IMG/VR virus record: IMGVR_UViG_3300017725_000001
Coordinates: 32,001-96,000 of that record
DNA: 64,000 nt
Source of the DNA: a virus
Strand: one strand, 5' to 3'
The translations under genes and the position numbers were made by a program. Shown here one piece after another: positions 48,627-58,800 of the stretch (position 1 is the first letter of the stretch; every line of letters begins with the position of its first letter). The notes beneath the pieces are model-generated. The model saw only the letters and a program-made list of their open reading frames with translations. It had not been told where the DNA came from and ran no database searches.

Positions 48627-49269
48627 TGCAATCGCCTTTAACTGTAAATGCACGTGTTCCTATATGTGCTATCTTGTCACTCAGTTCGTGACTTACATAT
48701 ACTTCATATCCTGCCTCATTAGCTCTTGTACAAAAATATACGTCCTCTCCTATTAAACTTGAATAATCCTCAGAGTATTCAATCTTATAAAAAGGCGAAG
48801 ATAGTTTTTTATAAACTTCTCTTTTTACTAACATCATTCCACTTCCAACAGCCCATACTTTTTCTACGCCTGTACCAGTAAAAACTCTGTCATCTAAATT
48901 GTTCTTACTTCTAAAAGCAACAGGTCTATGTGGTGGAACTCTTGTTGAATAATTTCCAGCAACAATATCTTTGTCTGCCGCTAATAATATATTTAGGGTA
49001 TCTACTGGAAAGTTCATATCAGAATCAATCCACATAATGTGGGTACAATTTGTTTCTAATGCTTCAGATACTAACTGTTGTCTTTGCATAGTAACTTCAC
49101 TACCCATATTAAAATGGAGAGAAGTTGCTAATCCAGCCTCACCACACTTTCGTTGAAGCATAGCAAGACTGTAAGCAAAAACCGCAGTAACATTATCTCG
49201 CACAGGAACGCAAATAGCTACATTAGCGGAGTTGTTTTTTTTATGATAAAATGATGGTGTTGATACCAT
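48619..49269 (-). CDS. Glycosyltransferase family 2
   Basis: ICVP, WIDSDM (DxD), GSGMMLV and GEDVYFC. Confidence 0.88.
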   Translation of the reverse strand: MVSTPSFYHKKNNSANVAICVPVRDNVTAVFAYSLAMLQRKCGEAGLATSLHFNMGSEVTMQRQQLVSEALETNCTHIMWIDSDMNFPVDTLNILLAADKDIVAGNYSTRVPPHRPVAFRSKNNLDDRVFTGTGVEKVWAVGSGMMLVKREVYKKLSSPFYKIEYSEDYSSLIGEDVYFCTRANEAGYEVYVSHELSDKIAHIGTRAFTVKGDCND

Positions 49270-49274
49270 TCAGA

Positions 49275-49694
49275 TTATTTTGCAGATGCTAAATCTGCTT
49301 GAAGTTCAGCTTCAATTTGTTGAACCTCATAATTTAATTGTTTAGCAATACTTGTAGCTTCTTTAACCGATGCCTTAAAAGCTTCATCTGGCAATGCAAC
49401 CATATAAGCCATATGCTCTGGTTGTACCTTACCAATTGTAAGAATATCAATTGCCGCTAGTTTTGCTAATCTGTGTACCCAATATTCTTCTTCAGTGGAT
49501 TCAATATCTTTTGTAAGATCTTCTACATTATGTTCTGCAGAAAAATCTTTATAAATTGCTTCTAGTACTGGAAGATCTGGGTGTGATGTTTCACGAGCTT
49601 TCATTAGCTCTTGTGTAAGTACTTGTGCCTTTCTGGCTGGAGACGGGTGTGCTCCAAGTACGAACGTTTCAATCTCGTATCGAGTTCTAATCAT
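49275..49694 (-). CDS. Helical hypothetical protein (fibre-tip chaperone/adaptor candidate)
   Basis: TRYEIETFV...EEEYWVHRLAKLAAIDIL; CAGGAG RBS before MIRTR. Confidence 0.6.
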   Translation of the reverse strand: MIRTRYEIETFVLGAHPSPARKAQVLTQELMKARETSHPDLPVLEAIYKDFSAEHNVEDLTKDIESTEEEYWVHRLAKLAAIDILTIGKVQPEHMAYMVALPDEAFKASVKEATSIAKQLNYEVQQIEAELQADLASAK

Positions 49695-49735
49695 TGTTTT
49701 CTCCTGTGTTGAGTTTACTCTACTATTAGTCATAG

Positions 49736-49802
49736 TATTTATATAGTGTATTTATTTTACATTAAAGTAAGCACGTTGTCAAGTATAAACAACGTGCTTA
49801 CT
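49736..49802 (-). promoter_or_regulatory. Hairpin overlapping a sigma70 promoter, followed by a late promoter
   Basis: 14-bp stem (49766-79/49789-802); TTGACA(49777-82)-17 nt-TAAAAT; TATAAATA at 49736-43. Confidence 0.7.
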
Positions 49803-49823
49803 AAAATTATTTTATACAATTTC

Positions 49824-50012
49824 TTATGGGTGACCACCAGTTGCTGACGGATACTGCCAACCACCAAAGGTAGCTGAAAGTTTGATATTTGACGTCACTG
49901 ACGGTGATATTGTGTTACCTAATTGGCTCAGTGATACTGTACCACTTAATCCAAAATAGTTACGCACAGTTGACATTGAAATTGTTGAACCGGTTGCTGG
50001 TAATGTCGACAT
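49824..50012 (-). CDS. 62-aa mini fibre-tip protein (gp38-adhesin N-domain-like)
   Basis: TLPATGSTISMSTVRNYFG...SLS resembles the attachment domain that follows S74 fibres. CAGGAG RBS and its own late promoter. Confidence 0.7.
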   Translation of the reverse strand: MSTLPATGSTISMSTVRNYFGLSGTVSLSQLGNTISPSVTSNIKLSATFGGWQYPSATGGHP

Positions 50013-50102
50013 ATTATTCTCCTGTCAAATTGTAATTAACGTTAATTACAAGCATATTGCTTGTAGTATTATTTATCTATATAGCTCGTGTTATATAGCA
50101 GT

Positions 50103-51746
50103 TTATAATCTTTTCTTTAATTCTTCTATCTCTTTTTGTTGCTCTTTTATAGCTTCTATTAAAATACCTACTATATTACCATATGCTACTGATTTCATTC
50201 CATCTGGAGCTGTATGTACTACTTGAGGCAATATTTCTTCTACTTCTTGTGCTATTACACCAGTACTATTTCTACCATCTTTTTCAAAATGTACACCACG
50301 TAATTTACTTACTGTATCTACTGCATTTGTAATAGTTTCAATATTTCTTTTTAATCTTTTATCTGAGTATGCTGTAACATCACCAGTTGCTGTAAAGTCA
50401 CCTGTGTAACTACCACTCATTAAAAATTCTGTTCCACTTAATGATAATCCATTGCCTGCTGTATATGTTGTGTTTGTATCAGTTGTAACATATCCTGCAC
50501 CATTTGCTAATTGATTATTGTCTGTTGGAATTGTTGGTTTATTACTAAGGTCGCTATAATCACCTGACGTTGCTACTGTTGCAAAACTAGGAACACCTGA
50601 TAAAGAGCTATAGTTTCCATCAAATACTTCACTTGCATTAGCTAGTTCTACCCAGTTACCTGCATGAGCAAAATATCCTTTGCCTGTTGCGTGTACATGA
50701 GCAAACATTCCATGATATGTACTTGCACTTGGAAGATCACCTATTGTTGCATAGACGTTAGCAAATAAAACTTTATTACCGTTCATATCTAAATCTGAAT
50801 TTGTAATTGTTCCACTTGCGTTTGCTGTTATTCTAGAATCTACTCTAGCATCTGTATAATATAAATTAGAGCCTTCTGCTAAATCTCCTGTATCTTTAGT
50901 ACCTAACCAAGTATCTGCTGTACTTGTAAAATCTGCTGTAGCTAATTTTGTTGCTATTGAAGTTGTTATTGTTGTTGAGAAGTTTGCATCGTCACCAAGT
51001 GCCGCCGCTAATTCATTTAATGTATCTAATGTTGTTGGAGCTGTATCAACTAAATTTGATATTGCTGTATCTGTATATGTTTCATATGCTGTAGTTATTG
51101 CTACTTCTCTAGTATCTGTATAAGTGTTAGCTGTACTAATTGCATCTGCTTCAGCTGTATCTGTATAAGTTTGATATGCTGTAGTTATACTTGCTGTAGC
51201 TGTAGCAATTTCTGTATCTGTATATGAGTTTGCCGCTGTACTACCACTTGATGTAGATGACGCTATAGCTGATGTATATGCTGTAGTAATTGCTGTTTCA
51301 CGTGTATCTGTATATGCTTTTGCATCTACTAGTGTGTTTGCTATTGCTGTAACATTATTATTAATTGCTGTTTCGTTGTTTATAATAGCTGTAGCATTAT
51401 TTGATATCGCTGTAGCATTATTTGTAATGGCTGTAGCATTATTTGATATCGCTGTAGCATTATTTGATATTGCTGTAGTATTATTTGATATCGCTGTAGC
51501 ATTAGATGCAATATTTGCTGTATTAGTAGCAATGTTTGCTGTATTAGTATTAACACTTGCTGTTAAACTTGCATTTGTTGCATTTTGAGATGGTATCTCA
51601 ACATTCTGTAATGTAACTGTAGTACCATCATGCGTGAACACATCTACTCCATTAATTTGTAACTGATCTAAATTACTGTTTGTTAATAATGTTGCACTAG
51701 GATCTGCGTCGTGTAATACTATTTTGTTTCCAATTTTAAATGCCAT
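50103..51746 (-). CDS. Tail fibre with a C-terminal peptidase S74 intramolecular chaperone
   Basis: Heptad stalk, APTTLDTLNELAAALGDD, and TAYSDKRLKRNI...GVIAQEVE...LIEAIKE. Confidence 0.9.
   Translation of the reverse strand: MAFKIGNKIVLHDADPSATLLTNSNLDQLQINGVDVFTHDGTTVTLQNVEIPSQNATNASLTASVNTNTANIATNTANIASNATAISNNTTAISNNATAISNNATAITNNATAISNNATAIINNETAINNNVTAIANTLVDAKAYTDTRETAITTAYTSAIASSTSSGSTAANSYTDTEIATATASITTAYQTYTDTAEADAISTANTYTDTREVAITTAYETYTDTAISNLVDTAPTTLDTLNELAAALGDDANFSTTITTSIATKLATADFTSTADTWLGTKDTGDLAEGSNLYYTDARVDSRITANASGTITNSDLDMNGNKVLFANVYATIGDLPSASTYHGMFAHVHATGKGYFAHAGNWVELANASEVFDGNYSSLSGVPSFATVATSGDYSDLSNKPTIPTDNNQLANGAGYVTTDTNTTYTAGNGLSLSGTEFLMSGSYTGDFTATGDVTAYSDKRLKRNIETITNAVDTVSKLRGVHFEKDGRNSTGVIAQEVEEILPQVVHTAPDGMKSVAYGNIVGILIEAIKEQQKEIEELKKRL
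51388..51503. repeat. 21-bp tandem repeat (about 5.5 units) encoding NNATAIS heptads
   Basis: GCTGTAGCATTATTTGATATC units start at 51388, 51409, 51430, 51451, 51472 and 51493. Confidence 0.9.
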
Positions 51747-51767
51747 TTATATATCCTCTACTACTAT

Positions 51768-53546
51768 TTATGGTGTACTTTGAAATTGAGAAGGTACAAG
51801 TTGTTGCCAATCTAGTCCATCCCAACCCTCAAACATCCTTGTTTCTGTGTTAAAATACATTTGTCCTTCTACTGGACTTGCTGGTCTTTGTGCTGTAGTT
51901 CCTTTTGGTAAAACAAAGCTAGTTGATATTCTTGCATCTACTCTAGCATCTGTATAATATTTTCTAGTAGTACCTTCTGCTAAATCGTCTGTGGTACGAG
52001 TTGATAAATCTGCTGGTAACCCAGTTATTGTAGCACCTGTGAAATTAACACTACCACTAAATGTTGATGCACCATTTGAATCTATATCACCTGATACATT
52101 TCCGCCAAAGTTTGGAGTTCCACTTATTGAACCGTTATCTAGTACAGGGTTTCCGTTAGAGTTATAAATTACACCTTGTAATACCCCTACTACATTACCT
52201 GTATAAATTGGTGTTGAGTATTGCATATCAATTACTTTGGCACCAGTAGTTGGGTGAATTACTTCACCATGTAAGTCACCGTCAAATTCATCAAAAGATG
52301 CTGTTTTGCCACCAATGCCTACATTGCCACTGGTGTTGTCCATAATAACATTGCCATTGGTATCATATAGTTTACCTTCAAATGCAGTAGCACTAATACT
52401 ACTACCAAATGAAACGTGGCTACTATTTGTAGAGGCAATTCTAGCATCTGCATATGCGTTAACTTCATTTGCAAAATTTACATATCCAAATTTACTTGTG
52501 CTACTGTCATATAAAAGAAAGTCTCCATTAGCAACGGTGTCGCCTGTAAAACCAATATCTGATAAACTTGTTGCAGTTAAACTATTATTGTTTGCTGTAA
52601 TACGTGTATTGATTTCATCTTCATAGTTTACAAGTCCCCATTGTGATCCATCATACAATAGCATATCACCAGTAGCAGATGTATCTGTACTATCAACATC
52701 TGATAAACTTTGTATTCCATGATTTGAAATATCTGATACAGTACCTGTAACATTACCATCTAAGTCTGCATGAACAATAGGTCCTGGTGTTGCATCATCT
52801 TCAATGATAAGTGTGCTACCAGTTCTATCATAAACTGCACCGTTCCAATTACCTAATGTACTTGTTCCAGTAAAATCTACACTACCTCCAGTAAATGTAG
52901 CAATGCCACTAATATTAGTAGTACCTGCATTTAATGTTGTTGCGGTTGCTGTATCAACTGTTAGGGCAGAATCTAAATTACCGGTTCCGCTTTCTAAAAT
53001 TTTATTTGCACCAGTTATATCGTAAACCGAACCGTTCCAATTACCTAGTGTAGTTCCATTAGTAGCATCAAACATTCCAGTAAGTGTAACTGTACCTGTA
53101 TGCAAACCTGTTGAATTACCTATGTATTCAGCAGGTGTATTTGCATTACCAACTGTTAAAATATGTTTTGATGTATCTGTTGGATCTGCTGGCCAATAGC
53201 CAATATTTTCTGTTACTAAATTTGTTGTATGTATTGCACCACTTGGACTTGTTACATATATTGTTGTAGCATTTAGAGAATTTAATTCTAGTGTACCTTT
53301 TGTTAATGTACCATCTACTGCACTAATATCATTAAGAGAGTTTGATACTAAATTAATTCCTTCAATTAAAAAGAACTTTGCTGTAGATGAGTCACGAACA
53401 AGCCCAGAATATGTGCTTATACCTCTCTTTGATAAAAAACCAGAATCAACATCTTCTGATGAATCTTGATTAAGTATTAGTAAAGGGTCTTTGACAGCAG
53501 ATTCTGTGCTTTGTAAATTACTTACTTGTATCTTTCTAAATGCCAT
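51768..53546 (-). CDS. Tail fibre/fibre-joint protein
   Basis: G/T/N-rich beta repeats, TTDDLAEG, and C-terminal LPKGTTAQRP...GQMYFNT...FEGWDG. Confidence 0.8.
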   Translation of the reverse strand: MAFRKIQVSNLQSTESAVKDPLLILNQDSSEDVDSGFLSKRGISTYSGLVRDSSTAKFFLIEGINLVSNSLNDISAVDGTLTKGTLELNSLNATTIYVTSPSGAIHTTNLVTENIGYWPADPTDTSKHILTVGNANTPAEYIGNSTGLHTGTVTLTGMFDATNGTTLGNWNGSVYDITGANKILESGTGNLDSALTVDTATATTLNAGTTNISGIATFTGGSVDFTGTSTLGNWNGAVYDRTGSTLIIEDDATPGPIVHADLDGNVTGTVSDISNHGIQSLSDVDSTDTSATGDMLLYDGSQWGLVNYEDEINTRITANNNSLTATSLSDIGFTGDTVANGDFLLYDSSTSKFGYVNFANEVNAYADARIASTNSSHVSFGSSISATAFEGKLYDTNGNVIMDNTSGNVGIGGKTASFDEFDGDLHGEVIHPTTGAKVIDMQYSTPIYTGNVVGVLQGVIYNSNGNPVLDNGSISGTPNFGGNVSGDIDSNGASTFSGSVNFTGATITGLPADLSTRTTDDLAEGTTRKYYTDARVDARISTSFVLPKGTTAQRPASPVEGQMYFNTETRMFEGWDGLDWQQLVPSQFQSTP

Positions 53547-53607
53547 TTTTGCTCCTACAGCTAATTATAATACTATTTATCGCTTTTTAAAGTATTGTAT
53601 AGTCATT

Positions 53608-53640
53608 AAAAAAGCGAGTGTAATTTCTTACACTCGCTTT
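53608..53640 (-). terminator. Intrinsic terminator
   Basis: AAAGCGAGTGTAA / TTACACTCGCTTT. Confidence 0.85.
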
Positions 53641-53658
53641 AATATATTAGTAATATAA

Positions 53659-55704
53659 TTACTTGTTAGCTTTAAGTTCTGCTACTTGAGCTGATAATTC
53701 CTTAACCGCTTCAATTAGTAGACCTGTAATGTTACCATATGCTACTGATTTTAAACCAGTTGCATCAGTGTGTACTGCTTCTGGAAGTACTGCTTCTAAT
53801 TCTTGGGCAACAACACCTGTTGCTCTTGAATCATCTGCAATTCTGTTCCAAGTGTAACCACTAATATTCTCTACTTTTCCTAGAGCACCATCAATTACTT
53901 GAATGTTTCTTTTTAAGCTCTCATCTGAGTATGCTGTAACATCACCAGTTGCTGTAAAGTCACCAGTATATGAACCTGACATAGCTATGCCATCTGCACT
54001 TACTGTGATACCATTTCCGCCACCGACGTTAAATGTACGATCACTTGCTAGTGTACCACCACCTGTTAAGCCGTTACCAGCTATCATGTTAGTACCTGTT
54101 GCCGCTTTACTTGCTAGGTTGTTAGTCATTGTTGTACTAAAGTTAGCATCATCACCCATTGCCGCCGCTAGTTCATTCAATGTATCTAAAGCACCTGGTG
54201 CTGAATCTACAAGGTTGTTAACCGCAGTTGTAAGATCTGATTGTTTAGCTAGTTCCACCCAGTTACCTGCGTGAGCAAAAACAGCTTTTCCACCATCATG
54301 TACGTGAGCAAACATACCGTGGTATGTACCCGCCGCTGGTAGATCGCCGTCTGTCGCGTAAACGTTAGCAAATTTAACTTTACCAGTTGTAGTAATATCA
54401 TTAGCACCCATGTCTAGAGCATTGCCTTTAATATTAGCTACTGCTGTTGTAATCGCATCTGCTTCTGCTTGGTCTGCATATGCTTGAGTAGCCATGTCTG
54501 AACCACCAACTGACATACCGCCACCTGAAGCTGAAATGTCTACACCACCTAGGTCAATTGTTGAACCTTTTAGGAATAGTTTATTCCAACGATTTGTTGC
54601 TGAACCTAAGTTGTAAGTTTCAGTTGTTGCAGGAAGAATGTCTGCGCCAACTGTACCTAATGCAGTATCTACTCTTGCGTCAGTAAAGTATACATTAGTT
54701 GGTGATCCTGATTCAGGAACATCATCAGTTGTAAGTACTGATATTGCACTAGTATAAGCTGTTGTAATTGCAGTTTCTCTACCGTCTGTATATAAGTTAG
54801 CAGAAGTAACAGCATCTGCTTCAGCTGTATCTGCATAACTTTGTAGTGTAGATGTTAATGCCGCGTCTTGTGAATCAACATAAGTCTTCGCCGCTTTTAA
54901 ACCAATGTCTGCAGTTGCAGATGTTTCAAAAGCTACCCTAGCTGTAGTTTCTGCCGCTAGGTTTGTAGTTAAAGTGGCTTCTGCCGCTCTAGCTGTAGTT
55001 GCTTCAGAAGATATAGCTGTTGTATTAGCAATAATATCTGCTTGAGCTGTAGTCATTGCAGTACCATTATTGCTACTTGTAGTTTGTAGAGCAGTAATAG
55101 CACTTGCGTTTGCCGCAATGTTATTAGTTATTGTAGTTGAGAAATTAGCGTCATCACCTAAGGCGTTTGCTAATTCGTTCAATGTATCTAACGCACCTGG
55201 TGCACCGTTGACTACGTTTGAAATCTGTAAGTCCACATAAGTTTTGTTAGAAACGTCCCCACCGTCTGTCGGATTTGGAACATTTATTATCTTGTTTGAA
55301 TTCATGTCAATTTTGTCACCAAAACCAACTGAAGTTCCACCACTTGAAGTGATGTTTTTGCCATCTAGCATCTGTAAAGTACCAGCGACATTTACTGTTT
55401 GTGTTGATTGCAGGGTAATTACTCCTGTGCCCTCAGTTTTAACAGTTAAGCCTTGGTCCGTATCTGCTTTAAGAACGATTGTACCTGAATCATCATGGAT
55501 TACTTTTTGGTTATTAATGTAAAGTGATCCTTGAGAAAGGTATAAATCTTTCCATTTTGCAGTAGTAGAACCCAAGTCGTAACCAGTTGTACCATCCGAA
55601 TCAACGTCAGGTAGGATTGAACCACCCATCGTTAAATTGGCTAGTAATTCTGAGGCGTCATCAGTTTTAAAACCACCGTCAATTATAAATTTTCTTTGTG
55701 CCAT
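53659..55704 (-). CDS. Second tail fibre with a peptidase S74 chaperone
   Basis: APGALDTLNELA twice, YDLGS-T--W motifs, and TAYSDESLKRNI...GVVAQELE. Confidence 0.9.
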   Translation of the reverse strand: MAQRKFIIDGGFKTDDASELLANLTMGGSILPDVDSDGTTGYDLGSTTAKWKDLYLSQGSLYINNQKVIHDDSGTIVLKADTDQGLTVKTEGTGVITLQSTQTVNVAGTLQMLDGKNITSSGGTSVGFGDKIDMNSNKIINVPNPTDGGDVSNKTYVDLQISNVVNGAPGALDTLNELANALGDDANFSTTITNNIAANASAITALQTTSSNNGTAMTTAQADIIANTTAISSEATTARAAEATLTTNLAAETTARVAFETSATADIGLKAAKTYVDSQDAALTSTLQSYADTAEADAVTSANLYTDGRETAITTAYTSAISVLTTDDVPESGSPTNVYFTDARVDTALGTVGADILPATTETYNLGSATNRWNKLFLKGSTIDLGGVDISASGGGMSVGGSDMATQAYADQAEADAITTAVANIKGNALDMGANDITTTGKVKFANVYATDGDLPAAGTYHGMFAHVHDGGKAVFAHAGNWVELAKQSDLTTAVNNLVDSAPGALDTLNELAAAMGDDANFSTTMTNNLASKAATGTNMIAGNGLTGGGTLASDRTFNVGGGNGITVSADGIAMSGSYTGDFTATGDVTAYSDESLKRNIQVIDGALGKVENISGYTWNRIADDSRATGVVAQELEAVLPEAVHTDATGLKSVAYGNITGLLIEAVKELSAQVAELKANK

Positions 55705-55807
55705 TTTTATGACTCCTTTTTGATCAAAAAAGTTATTGCCACATTGAGTAGCAAAGTATTTATTCTTTTTCTAGCAGTATTATCAACTTTGATAATAAAG
55801 CTACTTT

Positions 55808-55842
55808 AAAAGAGGCGTAACCTTAATTTGTTACGCCCCTTT
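55808..55842 (-). terminator. Intrinsic terminator
   Basis: AAAAGAGGCGTAAC / GTTACGCCCCTTT. Confidence 0.75.
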
Positions 55843-55873
55843 AAGTTTGGTTACTTAAGAAGCGATATACTCC

Positions 55874-58800
55874 TTACACATCAATGTAAGTAGCGATCAC
55901 TTTAACTGTAGCTGTACCACTTGTCGGAGTGTAAGTTAATTCAACTTGGTTTCCGTTCATAGTAACACTTGCATCACCAATTAAGTCTGCACCAGTATAA
56001 ACCATTGCGTACTCTGTAATGTATGCAGTACTACCATCATGTACTACTAAAGCTTCACGTGTCTCATAGTTACCTGCGCCGTCATCAACCTGCATGATGT
56101 ATTTCGCTGAACGATACAACGCACCGTTGAATGAATCAACTGTAGTTGAACCGGAAGCTGATACTTCACCTTTTTGTACGTATGCTTTAATATCAGCCGC
56201 TAGTTTGTCGAATGATACTGAGTTAGCAAGTAGTACTGGGTTAAGTCCTGCACCTGGTGATAACACAACAATTTGTGTACCAACTGGTACTGCTGAGTTA
56301 AACGTGATAGTTTTCGCCGCACTATCGATAGTGTAGTGAGTTGATGGATCCTGAATAACACCACCAACAAAAACCATTGCTTGGTCTTGTGTTGTAGTGA
56401 AAGTTAATGAATACTGCGTTGCAGATCCATCACCATTAATTGTCATTCTCTCTTGTGTTGAGAAAACATTTAACGGGTTTTTCAGTTCCATACCGTCTTC
56501 ATTTGAGTTAACTGCTAATACGTATCCGTCTTTGTTAGTGTAATCTGTATCAGATACATCTGTTAAGTCTAGGACTGATTCGTTAGTGTCAACCGAGATA
56601 ACACCTGTGCTGTTATCGTAGCTTACTAAGCCTGCGCCTGCAACGTCATTAACACTAATTGCCGCTCTGCTTCTGGCATCAGTGTAGTATAGGTTTGAAC
56701 CTTCAGCTAAGTCATCTGTAGTATTAGTAGAGATGTCTTGTGCTGAAATTGCCGCATCTAGTACTGCTTTAGATACTGCGTCACCTGGATTGGCCGCTGT
56801 TCCTAAACCTGTTACTAGTTGACCGCCCATAGCAATATCGCCACTCATTGTTCCACCAGCAAGTGCTAGTTTAGTTGCGATTACTGTGTCTTGAGCCGCA
56901 TCAGCCGCCGCAAACTCAGTACGGATAGCCGCCCTGTCAGTTGTCGCCGCCGCGTGGTCTGTGTCGTTGTCATTTACTTCGCTTGTTAAAGCTGTACTTA
57001 GGTTAGTAATGGCAGTTGCGTTTGCCGCTACTGTACCTGTTAGTGTGCTGTCTGCATTTTGGAAAGCAGTAACGATTTCAGTTAATGAATCTAGCGCCGC
57101 TGGATCCGTGTTACTGATAATATCGTTAACTGTGACTACTAAAGCGTCTGTACGTGTCACTTCTGTTGCCAAGTCTGTTGCTACTGTTGAAATAGACGTT
57201 GCATTAGCCGCTTCCGCCGCTGTTGCTCTAGCTGTTTCTGTAGCAATATCTGCCGCATTAGCTTGTTCTGCAGTTTGAGCTCTAGTTACTTCAGTTGCTA
57301 GGTTTGTAGTTAACACACCTTCTGCCGCTGTAGCTCTAGTTTCTTCTGCTTTAACAGCCGCATCTAACTTGTTATCAGCATCTTTCAATGATGATGCAGT
57401 TGAGATGTAGTCTGCTGTTGCATTTGCTGAATATGTACCATCAACACCTAAACCTGCGCCAGCTTGTGTAGCTGTAATTTCAGTTAAGTTGTCTGCGATA
57501 TCAGTTGCATTTGCCGCTTCTGCCGCTTGAGCTCTTGTTGACTCATTTGCGATAGCTGTTGCATTTGCTTGTTCAGCCGCTCTTGCTGTAGTTGCTTCTG
57601 CTGTAATTGCGTTTGCATTCGCTGATTCTGCCGCTCTAGCTGTACTTGCTTCAGACGCTATGTCTGCCGCGTTAGTAGAGATGTCAGATGCATTAGTTGC
57701 GATTGCTGTTGCATTAGTTGCAATGTCTGCTGTATTACCAGAGATTGCTGTTGCATTTGCTGAAACATTTGTAGTTAGTGTTGCTTCTGCCGCTTCAGCT
57801 CTTGTTTTTTCAGCTAGGATTGCCGCATCTAATTTAGAGTCTGCATCATGTAATGATGAAGCTGAATCAATTGCGTGTGTTCCTGAGTGTGCTGAGTAAG
57901 AACCGTCACTTTGTAAACCTGCACCAGTTTCTACTGCATCAATTGCGTTATTAACAGAAGTTAAATCAGCCGCTGTACCTGAGTTCAGTTCGTTGATCGC
58001 TTCTGATAACGTTTGTGCAGTTGTCTGTAGTGCCGCACTACCTGCTTGTGTTTCTAAAGTAGATACTTTGCCTTCTTCAGCTGTTAGACGTGTGTCTAAT
58101 GCTGTGTCAGCCGCCGCAAATTCAGTACGAATTAACGCTCTGTCTGTTGAAGCAGTATTACTTAGACTTGTGATTGCACCATTGATTGTACTATCAGCAC
58201 TTTGGAATGCTGAAACAATTTCAGTTAGTGAATCTAACGCCGCCGGATCCGTATTAGTTAGGATTGAATCAATTCTAGCTGTTTCCGTGTCGATGTTACT
58301 TTGAAGTGTCGCTTCAGCTGTTGTTGCTCTAGCTACTTCGTTATTGATACTTGTTAAGTTAGTAGCAATATCGTTAGTGTTAGTTGCAATGTTAGCTGTG
58401 TGCGTTGAATCAGCAGTAGTTGAACGAGATACCTCGTTTGCTATTGCTGTTGCGTTTGCCGCTTCTGCCGCAAGTGCTCTTGTTTCTTCTGCTGTTACCG
58501 CTTGTGCGTTAGCAAGTTCTGCCGCTCTAGCTGTTGACGCTTCATTTGAAATAGCAGTAGTTAGAGTTGCGTCACCCGCAATTCTGTCTGCTGTTTCTGT
58601 TGCAATGTCACTTGCGTTAGTTGCAATGTCTGTCGCGTTAGTTGCTATATCACCAGTGTTAGCTGTAATAGCTAGTGTGTTTGCCGCTTCTGCCGCAAGT
58701 GCTCTAGTCTTTTCAGTTAGAACTTCTTGGTCAGTATAAGCTTCTGCTGTTGCTTCTGCACCCGCTTTAGCTGTTGCAATTCTATCTGTTACAGTATTAC

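Noticed and set aside
51388-51503. Short direct repeats as a CRISPR array
   Set aside because: The repeats are tandem, have no spacers and are in frame within a fibre gene.
50361-53964. Repeat pair as a DGR template/variable region or invertible cassette
   Set aside because: No reverse transcriptase or invertase in the window, no adenine-specific mismatches, and the repeats are direct.
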